Below are positions 62,835-64,000 of a stretch of DNA of 64,000 nucleotides, piece by piece (the stretch's first letter is position 1; each line of letters opens with the position of its first letter). Made by a program: the position numbers and the translations under genes. The stretch is from Cetorhinus maximus (taxonomy: Eukaryota). Below the pieces are notes generated by a model, which saw only the letters and a program-made list of their open reading frames with translations, searched no databases and was not told the origin of the DNA. The stretch lies in the NCBI RefSeq assembly GCF_964194155.1, contig NC_135893.1, positions 61,194,001 to 61,258,000 on the forward strand, read 5' to 3'.

Positions 62835-63008
62835 AACAGAAAATGCTGGAAAAACTCAGCAGGTCTAGAAGCATCTGTGGAGAGAGAAACAGAGTTAACG
62901 TTTGGGGTTGGTATGACCCTCCTTCAGATCACATGGACTCGAAACCTTAACTCTGTTTCTCTCTCCACAGATGCTGCTAGACCTGAGTTTTTCTAGCATT
63001 TTCTGTTT
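62835..63008. mobile_element. Fold-back element made of two inverted PLE pseudo-LTR ends
   Basis: Left arm 'aacagaaaatgctggaaaaactcag..cagagttaacgttt' is the reverse complement of right arm 'gaaaccttaactctg..gcattttctgtt'. Confidence 0.85.
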
Positions 63009-64000
63009 TTCTTGCACCTTCCACTGTTTAATGCCCAAAAGTGTTGATAGTGTGTTCTCTGGTTTCTGTCAGTGTTTTTCCCCCTAAGAAGACATATCAG
63101 CGCAGCTGAGGCGGACGCTATTCTAAGCTTTCTGCCCTCTTGGGGAAGTTGAGAAATCCTTGGTTCTGTCACTGATATGGTACCTTGCTTGTATATCAGA
63201 GTATTCACTGTTAGGCTGTTTTAATTTTAACAGAAATCATTAGTTGGAGTTCAAAGTTTATATTTAATGCTTGGCATATAAGTTAAATTGCCTGCTCTGG
63301 GAGTAAATATGTGGGGTAAGAGCTACTACCTCTATGGAAATAAACTATTGTCTTTTTAAAGAAAAGTTATTGAATAAACAGCATGTCTGGATAGATAAAA
63401 ATAAAGTTGTCTGAAAATTGTGTTTAAGGTTGAAATACTCTAATGGATGTCCATACATCACTGCTTGTCTCTGGCGATTGAGCCCATAATTCAGGATGAC
63501 ACTTGCAGTGCAGTATTGATGAGTGTTACACTGTTGGAAGCTAAACCCAGACCCCATCTGCCCTCCCAAGTGGATGTAAAAGATACCATGACACTATTTT
63601 GAGGACATTTCTCCCTGGTATCCTTCTAATATTTATTCCTCAACCAACATCATTAAAACAGATTGCCTGGTCATTATCACATTACTGTTTGTGGGATCTT
63701 GCTATGCCTGGATTGGTTGCTGCGTTATCAACATTTCAAAGTGACTATACTTCAGAAAGCGCTAATTGGCTGTAAAGCACTTTGGAACACCCTGAGGTCG
63801 TGAAAGATGTTATACAAATGCAAGTTTTTCTTTCTAGTTTGAAAACCTAGAAATTGTTTGTATAATAAGTGCCTACAATGTTTTACTATATTAAAGGCAT
63901 TTTATAAATGCAAATTACTATTTGTGATGATCAACTGTTGTGATTACAACAGCCACACGGAAGGATGAATGACTTAATGTAATCTTGTTTTTGAAATTTT

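Overview
Eukaryotic, intron-rich vertebrate DNA. The repeat content (Deu-domain SINEs, CR1/L2 tails, Neptune-type Penelope-like elements) suggests a cartilaginous fish; this is an inference. The window carries the conserved vertebrate block SNX8 (+, about 9.0-30.1 kb, 13 coding exons, exon 2 partly in a 200-N gap), NUDT1/MTH1 (-, 38.3-41.1 kb) and MRM2/FTSJ2 (+, about 41.5-43.9 kb). A CpG-island promoter at about 61.8-62.1 kb should, by synteny, be MAD1L1. Main points of interest: (1) a young Penelope-like element (PLE) with an intact 919-codon RT + GIY-YIG ORF, whose pseudo-LTRs carry a minimal hammerhead ribozyme with a non-canonical CUGUUGA core; it inserted with a 14-bp TSD exactly over the hammerhead GAAA/cleavage site of an older antisense relative; (2) an N-terminal EH-like domain on SNX8 that the canonical human protein lacks; (3) two consecutive GC-AG introns in SNX8; (4) a 3.3-kb G-rich, CpG-retaining compound minisatellite abutting the SNX8 promoter; (5) multi-layer TE nests with readable TSDs. 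All protein and family assignments are by recognition from memory; no database search was run.
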